Shown here in pieces: positions 59,601 to 64,000 of a DNA stretch of 64,000 nucleotides. Each line of letters opens with the position of its first letter. Position 1 is the stretch's first letter. The notes beneath the pieces were generated by a model. That model saw only the letters and a program-made list of their open reading frames with translations. It had not been told where the DNA came from and ran no database searches. This DNA is from Anolis carolinensis (lineage: Eukaryota), in NCBI RefSeq assembly GCF_035594765.1, contig NC_085847.1, positions 8,742,001 to 8,806,000 of the forward strand, read 5' to 3'. A program made the translations under genes and the position numbers.

Positions 59601-62600
59601 GCCTGCTTTAAAGGCAGCACATTCCACAGTGTTTCTGCCTTGAGATGGATAGAGTACAATCATACATGTTCTGAGGAAATAATAGATTGGAAGAATGCAA
59701 GGCCACAGCAGTGACCCATACAGATAGATAGCAGGTGGTCATCTCTCTGCTCTGGGCTTACAAGTGGATTTAATTATTAAAAGTAATTCTCATAGGATAC
59801 AACTTGGAAATGACTTAGGGATGTGAATACTTTATGTTGCAAGTGTGCCAGCCAGACTTTCAGAGGGTGACCATAGGCAAGCGCTTCTCATGCATGTAGG
59901 GTATAAATTGAGTATCAGGAGTATTTCTGTGGCATGCTGAGTAAAAAGTAAATACAGCTGGACTGGAATTGAGGTGTTGCCCAGAGACCTGCCAGTGGCC
60001 TAAATACCCTGAAGGCACCAGATCCCATCTGAATTTAGAAGCTAAGCAGGATCAACTCTGGTTAGTATTGAAATGAGAGGTATACCAGGTGGTGTAGACT
60101 ATATTTCAGAAGGAACAGGGAAAAAACACCTCTGAGGATTTCTTGCCTAAGAAAATGCTATGGAATTCATAGGGTCACCATTAGTTAATGGGCAGTTTGA
60201 AGGCACATACACCTACACACAGATGCCTTTGGTGCATGCACACACAACAGCAACAGATCTGCAGGCCACCAAGGGAATAGGTGCTTTAAGGGCTAGGAAA
60301 AGTGCCAAGTAGATACTTGAGTGTTATTGTCAACCTTATGATGAGGAAATAAGCTCTCTGCAGTACTTATATTTCCTTCGAACCTCATTTGTTTTGGAAG
60401 AGTCTGATATTTGGGATTTTATTACTGTTGTTATTTAGGAGTACGTTTCGCCAAGGTTTGGTTATTGGAAGTAAGCCTGTCATCCATCCCGTGTTGCATT
60501 GGCTCCTTCAACGGACAAGTGAGCTCAAGAAAAGGGCTTACCTCGCTCGCTTCCTCATCAGAGTAGATGTGCCGGCTGAGTTCCTTCAAGATGACACTGT
60601 TGCCGACACCAATAGACAGGTAGCATTGCCCACAATTCATTTGCAGTAGAGGCTAAGCTGACCTTTTATTTTAAAAGATGGACAATGCTAAAATATGCCA
60701 GACTATTTATACCTGTATATCCATTTGGTTTTTCATTATGACATGTACAGCCTGCTAAGTTTCTTTCTGCTTGAATGAAGAGAGGACATAATAAGACAAA
60801 TGTCTTTGGCTTAATACAGAAGGATTTTCTCGGCTTCTCTCAGTTGCCCCTCAAGTCCTTTGAGTTATCTCTGGGGTGTTTTAAGTTGTTGTCATTAAGT
60901 ATAATCTTTGTGTGTTGCTGGTACCAAGACACTGGAGCTTCATCCATGTCATTGCATTGGAAGGACGGTATGTAAAATGGCAATAGAAGTAGAATATGGG
61001 CTTGGTGTTTCTTCAGGTGCATTCTATTGGCCAGTTAAAGAAGGAGAAAGTAACCTTGCCTCACATGAAAGCTAAAGTTAACTTTTCGCCCCACGACAAT
61101 ATCCAAAATTATAATTAAAATAACTAAACAAAAGCTGCCTTTTGAGAAAGGAATGCAGCTTGTATGTTTGTACAGTGTGTGCCACTCCTAATTTGTATAA
61201 AGATACAACTTGGCAGTTTCCATTATGTAAAATGTGCTCTAATAATCTACTGGCTTATCCAAAATAGAAACTGTAATAATACACCACCCTTAAAACAATA
61301 TGGCCATGTGAGGTTGTTTAAATGGTTGTTTAAAGAGGCTAAAAAGCAAGCAATTTTGCTGATGATACCTGATAATTTCTATGTGCAATATTTTATTTTA
61401 TAACCAGAGATCAACTATCCTGGTTCTTGTTCACTGCAAATATTTATTCAGCGTGTCTCTTTGCTCTCTGCTAATTTTCCAGAAATCACAGAACAAATAT
61501 GATCTAGATATAGCTTCTTTGGTTTGCTTGCAAGACAGATTAATTCAGGATAAGGTTGCCCGTCTTCTGCTCTGCTCTCTTGTCATAGTTTTGATCTCTA
61601 TGAATGTAAATTACAGTGACAATACTTCATTTGTTAACAGCACTGGTTTTAAAAATTCTGTTTCTTTCTCTTAATGCCTTATAGTACGAAGAGCTGATGG
61701 AGGTCTTCAAAAACCTACATAAAGAATGTGAACAGCTCAAGACCTCTGGTTTTTCTACGGCAGAAATACGGAGGGTAAAATAAATGTTTGAAATCTTAAT
61801 TTTAAAAAAGCTTCTCCCCCCAATTATTTGTTAATTGATTATGTGACTACCATGAAATTGCATATAAGAAAGTTTGTTTCTGTAACACCAGGCAGATAGA
61901 TGCATTTTAAAAATGTGTCATGGATTTTCTGGCATCTGGCAAAGTTGGCAGTGTGGTGGTAGCAAGTGTTGTGTGTGCCCCCCATTCTCATTTGGTTTGA
62001 TTTCTTTTGCTTTTTTTTCTTTGCGAAATCAACAGATTCTACTAGGTTAAAGTATGCTGTATTAAATATGGTGCTGGGGCATTAATTAAGTTACATAAGA
62101 AAAATATATCAGAATGCTAAGAATAACTGATTAAGTTACATGATTGACAGGACTGATTTTGCTCCTAGTAATTCAGAAATGCACAAAAAAATCTTAAATT
62201 GTCAATTTCCTTTGTATTTTGCCACTTTCTAGGATATTACTGCTATGGAAGAAGAGAAGGATCAACTGATGAAGAGAGTGGAGCGTCTCAAGAAGCGGGT
62301 AAATGACGAATAAGGCTGTGGCATTTGGGTGTCATCCTTGGCTTGCCAGTTTGAAGAAGGAATGCAAACATGGATTAAGGCTAGCATGCCGTAAGGCAGG
62401 GGAAGGACTCAAATGGCAAACTGAAGGAAACGGATCTACTCAAGGCAGCCGTCCAAAACCATTCAAGACCTTGAGCCAAACACTTCAGTGTCAGCTTCAG
62501 AAAGTAGTGCATGTGAGGAAGGAAGTGTGGTGTGAAGCTGCGAGACACCCGATAGTTATAATTGATTTCTCAGCTATGTTAACGTGTCCCACTTATCCCT

Positions 62601-63697
62601 TTTGCCATAGGTGGAGACAGTTCAGAATCACCAGCGAATGCTGGAAACAGCAAGACAACTTCGGGTAGAGAAGGAGAGAGAAGAATCTCTTGCCCAGCAG
62701 AAACAAGAACAGAAAAGTCAGGTATATATCCAGAGGTGTATCTACTAAGATCATCAGTTTTAAAACAGTGAAAAGCTGACAATGTTAAAATAATTAAAAT
62801 GATACACACATAAATTAATATTTTTTTAAAAAATCTGTTCTTTATCAAAACACCTTTAAAAATTTATAAGGCGCATTACTGGTTGAAGACACTCTTATTT
62901 TTCAGTGATTTAAAGCTTGTTCTGTTGTACTTTATCTTCAAAATTAAGCTCTTTGTGCATGGAACATCATAGTATCCTCTTTTAAGCACCATGCATCTCG
63001 GCCCACCATATCGTTAGATAAAATGAGGAAGCTACATGAAGCAACATATGTTGAGTGTAATATACCGGTAAATAAGAGTAGCAAATATTTAATTAATTTT
63101 GCCAGGATTATATTTTCATTGCCCAGGAGTGGAAGAGATGCTTGAATATTCTCTATCTTTTTTTATTAAAAATACTTGGCTGACTTTGAGTGTTATGCAT
63201 CTGAAACTTGGTTGAATTTTGTGGCTGTTGCCATTTGGCACTCAACCTTAGGAATAGCCAGTCATGGGATGACACCTTTGTGTTCTCATCTCTTGACCTC
63301 TGCAAGAGAACTCTCCTAATGGTGTGCTTGATTAATAGAAACCAAAGATTTATTTGCCAGACCCACCTAATAATTAATGTCTTTGGTTAGTTCAGCAGTT
63401 GAACAGGTTGCAGCATTTTTATTGCCAGATCTCCTGATTGAATGCTTTCTTGTTACGCCCCCTTGAAGACTAAAGAAAGGCACACTATGTGCACTTCCAA
63501 ACCTTTTAGTATGGTTTGATTCAATATTTTCTCCCTTTTTGCATTATTGTGCTGTATGAGTATGTATTTCCAGAGATTAAGCTTATTAATAGATCTGTGC
63601 ATATTTTCAAAGCTTTTTCATGCCGAGCAGAAGCTGCAAAGAATCCAACTCCAGCTCAAGGATATGCGTCATGCAGCAGTGGATTCAAAGCCAGAAA
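56510..63697 (+). CDS. IFT81: Intraflagellar transport protein 81, 5' partial CDS: join(56510-56653,57400-57503,60439-60619,61685-61774,62233-62298,62611-62721,63613-63697), continues beyond the window
   Basis: [30 protein letters not shown]...[20 protein letters not shown]...[37 protein letters not shown]... N-terminal CH domain plus coiled coil; consistent phases. Confidence 0.95.
57400..57503 (+). CDS. IFT81: IFT81 coding exon 2
   Basis: [35 protein letters not shown]. Confidence 0.95.
59288..59482 (+). mobile_element. tRNA-derived squamate SINE (Squam3-like); a second degenerate copy lies at ~57008-57193
   Basis: tagctcagtagtacagcac...ggttcagtccctgg A/B boxes; tail ...ttcctatgttct. Confidence 0.55.
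59991..60220 (+). mobile_element. 5S rRNA-derived SINE (5S head + Sauria/BovB-like tail), decayed
   Basis: ccctgaaggcaccagatcccatctga...gaagctaagcagg...tggttagta...taccaggtggtgtagact aligns to 5S rRNA; followed by ...aagaaaa...agggtcacc...ttgaaggcacatacac. Confidence 0.75.
60439..60619 (+). CDS. IFT81: IFT81 coding exon 3
   Basis: [60 protein letters not shown]. Confidence 0.95.
61685..61774 (+). CDS. IFT81: IFT81 coding exon 4
   Basis: [30 protein letters not shown]. Confidence 0.95.
62233..62298 (+). CDS. IFT81: IFT81 coding exon 5
   Basis: [22 protein letters not shown]. Confidence 0.95.
62611..62721 (+). CDS. IFT81: IFT81 coding exon 6
   Basis: [37 protein letters not shown]. Confidence 0.95.
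63613..63697 (+). CDS. IFT81: IFT81 coding exon 7
   Basis: [28 protein letters not shown]; donor GTAAGT. Confidence 0.93.
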
Positions 63698-64000
63698 GTA
63701 AGTAGGAGTTTGAAAATGTTTCCCCCTACTCTTCTACTGCCAAAACTCTCAGAAGGACATTTTTTAGAGCCAGAGAAAGATATAATTTATGCCCCCTTGA
63801 ATTTAAATATTCATTTTAAAGGTCTGGCTTGATCAAAGCCTAGGTGGTGGATACTTTTTTACGTGAAGACTCATGATATTCATGGCCAAAAGATTAGTCT
63901 TTCATAATGTTATTTTTAACATTTTCTGGCTTCTAAATTAAGTGTGGGCTACTGCATCTGTTGGATAGGGGCTTTCTTTATGGTTGTGTCACTCGCTAAT

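Noticed and set aside
59991-60110. Functional 5S rRNA gene
   Set aside because: Many substitutions, an internal deletion and a fused SINE tail.

Overview
This is vertebrate genomic DNA. The repeat content (Sauria SINE, Anolis-type SINE2, 5S-derived SINE, Penelope, Vingi, R4/Dong, L2, CR1, hAT and Tc1/mariner MITEs, many (TAA)n tracts) points to a squamate, most likely an Anolis lizard; this is an inference. Five intron-containing genes were assembled by hand, and exon phases are consistent across all GT-AG junctions. They are RNFT2 (minus, 9 coding exons, about 437 aa), SPRING1/C12orf49 (plus, 5 exons, 205 aa, head-to-head with RNFT2 at a CpG-rich bidirectional promoter), P2RX4 (minus, 12 exons, about 402 aa), P2RX7 (minus, 13 exons, about 572 aa) and the first 7 coding exons of IFT81 (plus, running off the window). 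The first ~7.6 kb probably holds the non-coding terminal exon of a plus-strand gene, HRK by synteny (low confidence). Most notable observations: (1) a Penelope-borne minimal hammerhead ribozyme and a 5x128-bp tandem amplification sit between P2RX7 and P2RX4, the ribozyme in the sense orientation; (2) the P2X7 protein keeps the ballast domain but has a truncated C-cys anchor and lacks the mammalian 'turret' insert; (3) P2RX4 is joined tail-to-tail with SPRING1 rather than CAMKK2; (4) fold-back structures flank both sides of the RNFT2/SPRING1 promoter. Comparisons to human, mouse and chicken are from memory, not from searches. Most entries in the ORF track are spurious.
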